Shown here: positions 1 through 8,191 of the stretch, in pieces
Position numbering within the stretch: position 1 is the stretch's first letter
How the letters are laid out: every line of letters begins with the position of its first letter
Source: a virus
Lineage: Duplodnaviria > Caudoviricetes
Direction: 5' to 3' (one strand)
DNA length: 42,136 nucleotides
Virus record (IMG/VR): IMGVR_UViG_3300017785_004829
Span: 1 to 42,136 of that record
Translations under genes and position numbers: made by a program
Notes under the pieces: model-generated
The model's database searches: none
What the model was told of the DNA's origin: nothing
What the model saw: only the letters and a program-made list of their open reading frames with translations

Positions 1-37
1 AGCCTTGCCAGTGTCTTTGTACTAATCTTGCTTGCTG

Positions 38-1237
38 TTATTTCTTAAAATTTGCTGCCTCTTCGGATCCACCAGTGGCATTGCCTTTGCTATAACTATG
101 GGCACCAACACCTGCCAGGTTTCCATCTTTGACTATAAGATATTCGTTGCGTATTGGACGGCCTTCAAAATAACATTCTAAAACTTCACGCACACCTGCA
201 GCATATCGTGTCTGAGCACTGAGGCTAGTTCCACTGATATGTGGAGTCATGCCATGCCAAGGCATTGTTCGCCACGGATGGTCTTGTGGTGCTGGTTGTG
301 GAAACCAAACATCTCCTGCATAGCCTGCTATCTGTCCTGACTCACAAGCACGAGCTATAGCATCTCGGTCGCATATCTTTCCACGAGCTGTGTTGACGAT
401 ATAACTGCCTCTTTTCATTTTGGCTATCATAGCATCATTGAATAGATGTTCAGTCTCTGGATGCAATGGACAATTAATAGTAACGATATCCACATTCTCT
501 ACCATATCTTCTACTGTTGCATGCCAGGTGAGGTTGAGTTCTTTTTCAACTGACTCTGACAAACGGTGACGGTCAAAGTAATGTAAATGCACATCAAATG
601 GTTTCAACAGTTTAAGCACACGAAGGCCAATTCGTCCAGCGGCCACAGTACCAACATGCATACCTTCGATATCATAACTGCGTTTGGCACAATCTGCAAT
701 GTTCCATCCGCCAGCAACTACTTGCTGATAACTAGGAATATAGTTTCTCACCAAACTCAACATCTGCATCACAACATGTTCTGCTACAGAGTTTGAATTG
801 CTATAGGTAATTTCTGCTACGGTTATACCTCTTTCCATAGAAGCCTGTAAATCCACATGGTCACTACCAATACCTGCACAAAGTGCTAATTTTAGTTTGG
901 GAGCTCGAGCAATTCTATCTGCTGTCAAATAAGCAGGCCAGAAAGGTTGACTAATCACGATTTCAGCATCATGTAGGTGTTGTTCAAATTCTGAATTTTC
1001 ACCATCTTTGTCCGAAGTCACCACAAACTCATGTCCAAGGCTTTCTAAATATTTTCTCAAACCAAGCTCACCAGTTACACTACCCAATAAATGTCCTCTT
1101 GTAAAATCAATTGCATGAGGCGATGGTGCAGTTTGACCATCCGGATATTTTGAGATTTCTGGAATATCATCTCTTGCGTAACTTGTGGGGTATCCATCAA
1201 TTGGATCATCATATAATACACATAAAACTTTTGACAT
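38..1237 (-). CDS. fdh: NAD-dependent formate dehydrogenase (D-2-hydroxyacid dehydrogenase superfamily), full length
   Basis: Colinear over its whole length with Pseudomonas sp. 101-type FDH: KVLCVLYDDP N-terminus, SQPFWPAY, AGIGSDH, Rossmann VAAGRIG, YFDRH (Asp indicates NAD specificity), NTARG, GDVWFPQP, TPHISG, and the C-terminus HSYSKGNATGGSEEAA. Confidence 0.97.
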   Translation of the reverse strand: MSKVLCVLYDDPIDGYPTSYARDDIPEISKYPDGQTAPSPHAIDFTRGHLLGSVTGELGLRKYLESLGHEFVVTSDKDGENSEFEQHLHDAEIVISQPFWPAYLTADRIARAPKLKLALCAGIGSDHVDLQASMERGITVAEITYSNSNSVAEHVVMQMLSLVRNYIPSYQQVVAGGWNIADCAKRSYDIEGMHVGTVAAGRIGLRVLKLLKPFDVHLHYFDRHRLSESVEKELNLTWHATVEDMVENVDIVTINCPLHPETEHLFNDAMIAKMKRGSYIVNTARGKICDRDAIARACESGQIAGYAGDVWFPQPAPQDHPWRTMPWHGMTPHISGTSLSAQTRYAAGVREVLECYFEGRPIRNEYLIVKDGNLAGVGAHSYSKGNATGGSEEAANFKK

Positions 1238-1273
1238 ATTAATTCCCTTAAATTATACTACAATACGATCAGG

Positions 1274-1663
1274 TTAGGCTGGCAAGGCTCCGTGCTTCTG
1301 ACGATAATCCATGATGGCTGCTTTGATAGAGTCTTCTGCAAGGATACTACAATGGATTTTAACCGGCGGGAGTGCAAGCTCCTCGGCAATCTCGCTGTTC
1401 TTAATAGTCCCTGCCTCGTCAAGAGTGCGACCCTTGAGCCACTCCGTGACCAACGAACTTGACGCAATGGCTGATCCGCAGCCATATGTTTTAAACTTTG
1501 CGTCTGTGATGATGTCATTTTCCACTTTTATTTGAAGCTGCATGACGTCACCGCAGGCCGGGGCACCAACCATGCCAGTGCCCACAGCAGGATCATTTTT
1601 ATCTAGACGGCCAACATTGCGGGGATTTTCGTAATGATCTACAAGTTGATCGGAATAGGCCAT
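1274..1663 (-). CDS. iscU: Fe-S cluster assembly scaffold IscU
   Basis: DHYENPRNVG, GAPACGDVM, FKTYGCGSAIASSS and LPPVKIHC motifs are intact. AAGGAG SD lies upstream. Confidence 0.97.
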   Translation of the reverse strand: MAYSDQLVDHYENPRNVGRLDKNDPAVGTGMVGAPACGDVMQLQIKVENDIITDAKFKTYGCGSAIASSSLVTEWLKGRTLDEAGTIKNSEIAEELALPPVKIHCSILAEDSIKAAIMDYRQKHGALPA

Positions 1664-1687
1664 TTTGTTTCTCCTTTAAGCTGTTAA

Positions 1688-1716
1688 ATTATATATTGTT
1701 AATGCAACAATGTCAA
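1688..1716 (-). promoter_or_regulatory. Perfect sigma70-type early promoter for iscU-fdh
   Basis: Minus strand reads TTGACA-N17-TATAAT, about 25 nt upstream of the iscU ATG. Confidence 0.85.
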
Positions 1717-1755
1717 ACAGTTCGAGTGCATTGTGATTGATGCTGATTGAGTTGA

Positions 1756-2091
1756 TTATTTCAAGGCACGTTTGGCCATGCCGGCCACAACTGTTTGATT
1801 TTGTTCGGGACTGGGTTGTGTTTTACCACTGATGTTGTCGGCACCTTTGAATATAACTTCATCGGGTGTGACATTGACAATGATGCTTTGTAGTGGGCCT
1901 GCAGTGGCAAGATTTCTTAGATTTTCGGCAGTGATACCAATGCCTAGGTTATGAGCTTGTTTGAGGAACGTGTCTAGACTCACACGTTTGGCAGCACCGG
2001 TGTCTTCAGCACGACCCAACAAAAACTGGCTCAGTGCCACCAGCTTTGTTAGATCAATTGTTGCTGCTTGCTCGACTTCGTCAATGCGCAT
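1756..2091 (-). CDS. Hypothetical phage protein, possibly head-associated
   Basis: 111-aa ORF coupled to the upstream gene. It starts MRIDEV, the motif shared with neighbouring late genes. Confidence 0.7.
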   Translation of the reverse strand: MRIDEVEQAATIDLTKLVALSQFLLGRAEDTGAAKRVSLDTFLKQAHNLGIGITAENLRNLATAGPLQSIIVNVTPDEVIFKGADNISGKTQPSPEQNQTVVAGMAKRALK

Positions 2092-2930
2092 TATCTACGC
2101 TCGCGACCCAGTCCTGCGGTTTTTGGTGTTTCTGGCTCAGTTGGCTCTGCAAATAAATCTGCATCACTACCCGGAGCAGTTGGAGTTTCTAAATCGCCGG
2201 CTGCCGCACCCATTGAAGTGTCCAGTGGGACACCTTGTCCTGTCAAGATACCCTGTGCTTGCTCAAGTTGCTGCTTGGCACCCTGCAGGTTCTGTACCAG
2301 TCCACCCAGGGCTGCTGTAGCAGCTGAGTTGTACTGATCAGCTTCGGCTGTGCCAACTTGATTGCGGATTGAATCTACCAGTGCTGGAAGTTCTTTGAAC
2401 TGCACTGCAGTCATGTCTTCAATCATTTTCTGAATCGAATCAATGATGTCCTGTGCAGCCAACACAACCTGCGCTTGTTGCACTTCGCTCTCAGTGAGAC
2501 GACGTCCCATCATGCGCTGAATCCGGTTGATGCTTTCGCCCAGTGCAGTGGCTTCGTCGCGTGTGAGTTTTTGACCTTGCTGTGACTTAGCAGCAGCACG
2601 AGCAGACAGTCCTGAACTGTTCTTTGCAATAGCAGGGCCTTGCCCAGCTACATCTGTGGCAGCACCGTCGCCAACTCCAGCAACACCTTCAAAGTGCTGT
2701 GACAGAGCTTGCTCCATCATTATCAACTTGAGATAGCTGGAATTGCGCTCGCTTTGATGGAACGCAGGGCTGGCACGATGTTCGGCGATAGTGCGACGCA
2801 CTTTGGTCAACATGTGCTGTGCTTGCCACGGTTTGATGGCAGCAACGTCAATTTGCTTGCCAAAATATTGTTCAAATATTTTAGCGACTTGTCTTTCGGG
2901 AGCCACTTGGGCTAGTTCGTTGAGTATCAT
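2091..2930 (-). CDS. Helical, Gln/Ala-rich late protein, possible prohead core/internal head protein
   Basis: 279 aa with coiled-coil character and a low-complexity acidic/Pro tail. It starts MILNEL and has TAAATA at 2954-2959. The function is inferred. Confidence 0.65.
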   Translation of the reverse strand: MILNELAQVAPERQVAKIFEQYFGKQIDVAAIKPWQAQHMLTKVRRTIAEHRASPAFHQSERNSSYLKLIMMEQALSQHFEGVAGVGDGAATDVAGQGPAIAKNSSGLSARAAAKSQQGQKLTRDEATALGESINRIQRMMGRRLTESEVQQAQVVLAAQDIIDSIQKMIEDMTAVQFKELPALVDSIRNQVGTAEADQYNSAATAALGGLVQNLQGAKQQLEQAQGILTGQGVPLDTSMGAAAGDLETPTAPGSDADLFAEPTEPETPKTAGLGRERR

Positions 2931-3372
2931 TGGTGAATCCTCTATTCTGTAAATATTTAGCCTTTTTTACGCATTTTTCTAATTCTAGATCAATTTGGTA
3001 TTTTACGGCCTGTCGATGCTGCAGCTTGACGCTGATATTGGCTTGAAACTCTTTGCTGCTACGGTTGGCTATGTTTTCCCGTGTTTGTATGCACTCTCGA
3101 GCCCAGGTGCTGCGCTGATCTAATTGCTTGATACGCACTGCAAGATCAAGTTGAAAATACTTGTCAGCAATACACCAACTCAGTGCAGTGCGAGTTGATC
3201 CAAATGTGCCACGATCAACACCGCACTCCTGCACACTGTAGAGATTGCCAAGCTGACGAATTTGATACTTGCCAAACGCTTGATATCCACCGTCCACTGC
3301 AACAATGAGGCTGTCATGAAGAGATGGCAGTTCGCGCCGCGCTAGTTCAATTAATTTGTCTGGTTGCTTCAT
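2881..3372 (-). CDS. Hypothetical phage protein
   Basis: 163-aa ORF overlapping both neighbours, with an ATGA-type overlap at 3369-3372. Confidence 0.7.
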   Translation of the reverse strand: MKQPDKLIELARRELPSLHDSLIVAVDGGYQAFGKYQIRQLGNLYSVQECGVDRGTFGSTRTALSWCIADKYFQLDLAVRIKQLDQRSTWARECIQTRENIANRSSKEFQANISVKLQHRQAVKYQIDLELEKCVKKAKYLQNRGFTNDTQRTSPSGSRKTSR

Positions 3373-3632
3373 TTTAACACAAAGTTAACAACAAGATACC
3401 CAACAACACTACCAAGCACAGCAATTATTCCAATGCCCCAATTGATGATTTGAGTGTTGCGCTGATTCACAACTTTTTGCATCATGTCCTTGACTGACAC
3501 AACATCAATTTTGACTGAGCCAAGCACAGCGTCCAAAGTCTCTAGTTTTTCTTCAAGAAATCTATAACGTTCAGCGCAGAGCTCTACGTGTGCTTCCAGG
3601 CTCTTTTTTTCAATGTCGGTAGTATCAACCAT
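3369..3632 (-). CDS. Small coiled-coil protein with a C-terminal transmembrane helix (holin/XhlA-like topology)
   Basis: Start refined to the ATG at 3632, which has a GGAG SD. C-terminal IINWGIGIIAVLGSVVGYLVVNFVLK is a single TM segment. Confidence 0.7.
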   Translation of the reverse strand: MVDTTDIEKKSLEAHVELCAERYRFLEEKLETLDAVLGSVKIDVVSVKDMMQKVVNQRNTQIINWGIGIIAVLGSVVGYLVVNFVLK

Positions 3633-3651
3633 TTTAAACTCCAAGATCATT

Positions 3652-3659
3652 TATTTATA
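3652..3659 (-). promoter_or_regulatory. T4-type late promoter TATAAATA
   Basis: Exact gp55-type consensus on the minus strand, about 20 nt upstream of the ATG at 3632. Confidence 0.75.
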
Positions 3660-4056
3660 ATAATTGGAACCAAATGTTTTGATCCGGGCCCGAAGTTCGC
3701 AGCACAGCACCTGTGTGTGGCTGCTCACCTAGATGAATCACCATGGGCACACCATCACAGTCGCCCATCAATGACACTAAATTATCAGCAAACACGTCGG
3801 CCCGGTCAGGCTCAACTACAAAGCACCAAAGATTGTTTTCTTCAATGGGATCTGTCATGCTCATGAGCTGTGTTCGCATGCCCACCAGTTGGGTGAGTGT
3901 TTCTAAGTTGCGTTGTTGATTGCGTGATCTATTCCATGTTGGTTGATTGACCACTGGTTGCCCGGCCAGATCCGTGAACTGTGCTGAGCCGGCTCGATAA
4001 TGGCCAGTTACGCCGGTGCGTCGGCAGTCGTATCTAGTAGAAACTTTTATTTTCAT
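3655..4056 (-). CDS. Hypothetical phage protein
   Basis: ORF track gives 3655..4089. Start refined to ATG 4056 (MKIKVSTRYD); contains a WNRSRNQQRN motif. Confidence 0.7.
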   Translation of the reverse strand: MKIKVSTRYDCRRTGVTGHYRAGSAQFTDLAGQPVVNQPTWNRSRNQQRNLETLTQLVGMRTQLMSMTDPIEENNLWCFVVEPDRADVFADNLVSLMGDCDGVPMVIHLGEQPHTGAVLRTSGPDQNIWFQLL

Positions 4057-4279
4057 TTTGTAGCAAATACAATACTTTGACTTGCTCAAGTAGTTCTTGC
4101 AGGGCTAAATTTTTTTTGGCAGCTCTGCGAATTTCTCCCTAGAGCTTGTCCTCTTTTATTGAGTCCAATGTTTCACGTAATTCTGAGTCTTGCCAATGCA
4201 GTGTGCGATCAACTGCGCCGGACTTTCTAGCATACACAGTTTTACCGCCATCGGGTGATTCATATACTATAGTAGCCAT
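4034..4279 (-). pseudogene. Small phage gene (YESPDGGKTVYAR type) interrupted by an in-frame TAG at 4139-4141; nonsense allele or readthrough
   Basis: Hand translation gives MATIVYESPDGGKTVYARKSGAVDRTLHWQDSELRETLDSIKEDKL*GEIRRAAKKNLALQELLEQVKVLYLLQNENKSFY*. It has an AGGA SD, fills the gap between two genes, and overlaps the downstream start. Confidence 0.7.
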
Positions 4280-4283
4280 TGAG

Positions 4284-4910
4284 TTATCCTTGAATAAATT
4301 TACAATTAAATGACACAATAATTCTGTCAGTATCCCCTAGATAGGGCATGCCTGCATGCAATATCCAACTGGGAAAAACCAGCAAGGTGCCATCCTCGGC
4401 AGGCAGATCAATTGACCCTACTTCAGATGTCCAACGAGTGCCTATGTCGGAATAGGCTGTGGGCATCCAGGGAGCATAGAATCTATTGATGCCATTTTTT
4501 GTTTCTAGGTCCGATGCTCCTGCTCGCACATAATATATGCCAGACCAAGAGCTGTTGGGATGAGTGTGTGCGTCATGGTAGCCACCCGAGGGAGTGATGT
4601 GACACCAAGACTCATGCATGTCTACTCCAATTCTAGCACCAGCTTCCCAGCGTCCTCGATTGGCTTGATTGGCTGCTTCAAATACACTGCTGCGGCAATA
4701 TTCAAGTAGTTCAGTCACTGCGGTGTTGTCTTGCTTGAAGAAATCAAAATCACTTTCATAGAGATTTTTGGCTCGGGGTGCCACGCCTGACGTATTCTTT
4801 TCCTGCTGTAGTCGATAGCACAGTGTAATTAATTCTTGCTGATGTGTTTGATGATGTTGCCAGGGCTCAAACGCATACATGGGAATATTCCAACTGGGAA
4901 TGATTTTCAT
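4284..4910 (-). CDS. Putative 2OG-Fe(II) oxygenase (TIGR02466-like)
   Basis: ESWCH..GGYHDAHTHPNSSWSGIYYV, LLVFPSWILH and RIIVSFN motifs. Start refined to ATG 4910, 5 nt after TAAATA (4916-4921). Confidence 0.85.
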   Translation of the reverse strand: MKIIPSWNIPMYAFEPWQHHQTHQQELITLCYRLQQEKNTSGVAPRAKNLYESDFDFFKQDNTAVTELLEYCRSSVFEAANQANRGRWEAGARIGVDMHESWCHITPSGGYHDAHTHPNSSWSGIYYVRAGASDLETKNGINRFYAPWMPTAYSDIGTRWTSEVGSIDLPAEDGTLLVFPSWILHAGMPYLGDTDRIIVSFNCKFIQG

Positions 4911-4925
4911 GCTGGTATTTACAGC

Positions 4926-4956
4926 AAAGAAAAAGCCCGGCAATAAAAGCCGGGCT
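4926..4956 (-). terminator. Rho-independent terminator after the 154-aa gene
   Basis: Minus strand reads AGCCCGGC-TTTTATT-GCCGGGCT followed by TTTTCTTT. Confidence 0.85.
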
Positions 4957-4976
4957 CAGTGCTGCAACCAGATGTA

Positions 4977-5441
4977 TTACGAAAGTGCTAGTTTGAAACC
5001 AATGCCAGTTGATTGTGAACCTGACACGTTGACACCACGTACCTGAGCCGAGCTGTTGGTGATCTGAACATTGCCCAGACCAGTAACTGCTGTGTCAAGA
5101 GTTGCGGTGGTGTAAGCACCACTTGGATACAGAGCATAACTGATTTGACCAGATGAAGCATTCTGTACCTGGTAGAAAGCAATAGTTGCTGTCTGCTGGA
5201 TAGTCTGGTTGATGGTTTGAACCACACCAGGATCAGTGATGTTACCCAATTCGTTGCGCAAATCAATTGCTTGATTTGAAGCGTTTTCTACTACCACTGC
5301 AAAGAAGTCCAGTTTTGGACCTGCCATTTGTACCAGTGCGTTTGCACCTACTGTGTTGAGGTTACCTGACTGAGCACCATTGCTGATATCAAGTGCAAAT
5401 ACTGGATCTGCATCACCATTTGGACGGAATAAAGTTGCCAT
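4977..5441 (-). CDS. Probable abundant virion protein (decoration-like)
   Basis: 154 aa, rich in A/G/N/S/T/V. It has its own TAAATA (5483-5488), an AGGAG SD and a terminator. The structural role is inferred. Confidence 0.65.
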   Translation of the reverse strand: MATLFRPNGDADPVFALDISNGAQSGNLNTVGANALVQMAGPKLDFFAVVVENASNQAIDLRNELGNITDPGVVQTINQTIQQTATIAFYQVQNASSGQISYALYPSGAYTTATLDTAVTGLGNVQITNSSAQVRGVNVSGSQSTGIGFKLALS

Positions 5442-5519
5442 TTTAAAATCTCCTGTTAAAGTGGGCGTCTAAGCCCTACTTTTATTTAGCCAGATTGGTA
5501 AAAAATCGGCTTCTGATTT

Positions 5520-6236
5520 TTAGTAACCAAATCTTGTTTTATAGGCAGCATGTTCTGCTTGTATTTCTGCCAGGCTCAATTCTTTATTCCAAATTTTGAC
5601 AAATCCAATGTCTGCATCAACTTCTTCGCTGCTGGTGCTTGCGTTTACAAATCTACCAAACAATCTCAATCCGTTAAATCCATCGTTGGCTGAACTGGTA
5701 CCAAATGTTCCTGATGGTGCTGTGTTGGTGGCTACGTAACTTTTTGCCTTGCTGGCGCCGGCCGCACCAGTTGAAGTAAACCATATAAAGTGCCAGGCAG
5801 TGTCTGCAACAGTGTTAGTTACGCCAGTAAACCCTTCAGCAAAGGCAATATTCATTTTGCATCCTGATGATCCCCACAGGCCCATCAAGAAGTCTGGACT
5901 GGCTGTGTTGGCATTGAGTAATCTACCTGCTGTGGTTCCGTTCCACTTGTAGGCCATGCCCACCGTGTAGGCCTGTGTGCCACTGCTGTAATTTGGCCCA
6001 AATGTCATAAAATTAGTTGTTGATGCTGTGGTTACTCTAAACACACCACCGTTGTCGCTGCTCCATGAAATTCTTGGAGTGGGATTTTGCACAGTTACAG
6101 TGTAGTCTGAACCAAAAATCACGCTACCGTCAACAGGAACTGCTGAATAGTTGGCAGCATCTAAATCCAAAATCAGTGATCCTCCAAGCACGGTGATTCC
6201 AGAACCAATTTCTATTCCAGGGCCAATTATTGTCAT
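5520..6236 (-). CDS. Concanavalin A/LamG-like lectin-fold virion protein
   Basis: LILDLDAANY start, WHFIWFT strand and IGFVKIWNKELSLAEI...KTRFGY C-terminus are typical of phage LamG-like domains. Confidence 0.75.
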   Translation of the reverse strand: MTIIGPGIEIGSGITVLGGSLILDLDAANYSAVPVDGSVIFGSDYTVTVQNPTPRISWSSDNGGVFRVTTASTTNFMTFGPNYSSGTQAYTVGMAYKWNGTTAGRLLNANTASPDFLMGLWGSSGCKMNIAFAEGFTGVTNTVADTAWHFIWFTSTGAAGASKAKSYVATNTAPSGTFGTSSANDGFNGLRLFGRFVNASTSSEEVDADIGFVKIWNKELSLAEIQAEHAAYKTRFGY

Positions 6237-6254
6237 GTTGAATCTCTCATTATG

Positions 6255-8189
6255 TTAGTTGTTGCGAGCACGGTTGGCCGCAGCAAATCCACCGGGCATG
6301 CGACTCACGGCCTTGGCATAGCCTGCAGGTGTGGCCATGACCCAGCCTTCTTGTCCCGGATGCTGTAGGTCCAGTTGCTGCAGCACATCCATCTTGAGAT
6401 CATGCAGCAACAACCAAATGTCAAACGCAGCTTCCAAGGCCTGTGCATTGGTAGCCGGAGACTGTAGATAAGTCAGTATATTTTGATACTTTGACGGTGT
6501 GACTTTGCCCGGCAACCACTGTAGGAATCCCTGTGCCAATCCCGCAAAGCCTTTGCCTACACGAGTGTTGATAAAGTCCACACAGAGGCTGGCAAGGTCA
6601 GTGATCTTTTGTGAACGTAGTTCAACAGGATTGAACAGTTGATTGATGGCTGCACCATGGCTGCGTTCCAGTTCATTGATCTGTTTCATCACTCGGGAAT
6701 CCACGCGGAATTGTTGCGCACGTATGGGTGGTTCCAACAACAGTCCCGGCACTTTTTTAAATCCAATGTCGCCTAGCGGTTGTTTGGCCGATCCTTGATC
6801 AGCATACTGTGTGTGCATGGCAATGCCAATGTTGGTGCCGGCAATCTTTCTGCCTAGGTCTGACGCCAACGGTATCTTGTACAGCACTTCGTTGGGCTGG
6901 AACACTGCATTGCCGGCTTCTTCCACCCAGGGACGTTGTGGATAGTACAACAAGTCGCCCTGTACATAGCCTAGAACATTCTTGGGAAACGCTGCCTCCA
7001 GGGCAGGCCACAATGTTTGATAGATTGGTGCTAGAGTCTCCACACGATTGGCTTGATTGCCTTTGGCTCGGGCATTGTCATCTCTGCGCTGCATGTCAGC
7101 AACAATCTGGCGGGGCGATGTAAACATGCCATCATAGCCTGTGGCTTGAAATCCTGAGGTGTCAGTCAACACAAACTCGCCAGTGCCGGGTCTGCGTCCA
7201 AATACCACAGCAGGTTTGCCATCCCATTTCACGGTTGTGGTGCCGGGAGTGTCGGCAGCAGCCGACTTTAGTATTTTCTTAGCTTCGTCAACACCACGAG
7301 TGCCTTTTCTAAACACAAGATCTTCGATGTGTTCAATGCCCTTGGCACGTCCGCCCACTGCGTCGGCTTCACGTATCTGCCGATCTTCAATCAGTGCATA
7401 CATGCCTTGGTTAACAATACGATCACGCAGTCGAGCAAGATAGTTGACTTCGGTGTCAATTTCTACTGACTCCACAAATGGCACACCTTCGCGTTGAAAG
7501 TGATCGCGAGCATCGGCCAACTTGGCATCACGCTTGGGGTCGCGTTCTAGAGCCTGCACAATTGACTCCACGGTGGCCAAGTCAGCTCGGGTAGCTGCTG
7601 GAGTCAACAGCATCTTTGCCACTTTGTCTGGATCGTCGGATATCAGTTCGTTGGTAGCACGATCCATGATGCCGGCATTTTGATTTAGTTTGTAGCCCAG
7701 GCTCTTGGCAATGGAATTGATCAGCACATTGCGGTCCTGTCCACGGTACTTGGATCCACTCGAAGCACTCAGGGCCCAGGTGCTCCAGGGCAAGTTTTTC
7801 AAGAACATCAGGTCAGTCTGTACATAGCCCTGATTGGGGTCGCCATTGATGGGAGTTTTGACATGCACCGAAGTTCCTGACTTGCGCACCCAGTCCTTGG
7901 GATCTAGTCGTTGTGCTGTGGCCCAGGCCTGAATACGTGCAAACAATTCATCTTTGTTCACAGCATTGGCATCAACCGCAAGATCCAAGTCACCCGAAGA
8001 TGCCTTGCGGCCTGTGCTGCCCAACCAACGCACAGGCGAACCATAAGCATCGCGCTCTTGTGTAAAGTCAATACCAGTCAAACGTTCAATCCACTGTACA
8101 GTGGTCATGATGTCGGTTTGATTTATGCGTTGTGTGAGTGGCTGTCCGTCACCATCTTTGAATACGTTGCCGCCTTCTTTTAAAATCAT
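6255..8189 (-). CDS. Fusion of a Pol-beta/PolX-like nucleotidyltransferase (N-terminal) and a ligase-like adenylation domain (C-terminal)
   Basis: N-half has LGSTGRKASSGDLDLAV, VQTDLMF and AKSLGYKLNQ. C-half has HIEDLVF, TVKWDGKPA, YVQGDLLY, QEGWVM and YAKAV. Confidence 0.7.
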   Translation of the reverse strand: MILKEGGNVFKDGDGQPLTQRINQTDIMTTVQWIERLTGIDFTQERDAYGSPVRWLGSTGRKASSGDLDLAVDANAVNKDELFARIQAWATAQRLDPKDWVRKSGTSVHVKTPINGDPNQGYVQTDLMFLKNLPWSTWALSASSGSKYRGQDRNVLINSIAKSLGYKLNQNAGIMDRATNELISDDPDKVAKMLLTPAATRADLATVESIVQALERDPKRDAKLADARDHFQREGVPFVESVEIDTEVNYLARLRDRIVNQGMYALIEDRQIREADAVGGRAKGIEHIEDLVFRKGTRGVDEAKKILKSAAADTPGTTTVKWDGKPAVVFGRRPGTGEFVLTDTSGFQATGYDGMFTSPRQIVADMQRRDDNARAKGNQANRVETLAPIYQTLWPALEAAFPKNVLGYVQGDLLYYPQRPWVEEAGNAVFQPNEVLYKIPLASDLGRKIAGTNIGIAMHTQYADQGSAKQPLGDIGFKKVPGLLLEPPIRAQQFRVDSRVMKQINELERSHGAAINQLFNPVELRSQKITDLASLCVDFINTRVGKGFAGLAQGFLQWLPGKVTPSKYQNILTYLQSPATNAQALEAAFDIWLLLHDLKMDVLQQLDLQHPGQEGWVMATPAGYAKAVSRMPGGFAAANRARNN

Positions 8190-8191
8190 TT

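Noticed and set aside
38-1663. fdh-iscU as host chromosome flanking a prophage
   Set aside because: iscU lacks its usual isc operon neighbours, no att site or integrase is visible, and the promoter style matches other phage early promoters here. It cannot be fully excluded because fdh is at the window edge.
5458-5482. Hairpin AAAGTAGGGC/GCCCACTTT upstream of the 154-aa gene as a riboswitch or ncRNA
   Set aside because: It is too short and partly overlaps the expected transcription start. At most it is a 5' stabilising stem.
6255-8189. CBASS/cGAS-like cyclase
   Set aside because: The GS..DxD motif is shared by the whole Pol-beta superfamily. The downstream sequence looks more like a PolX thumb, and no Cap effector genes are adjacent.
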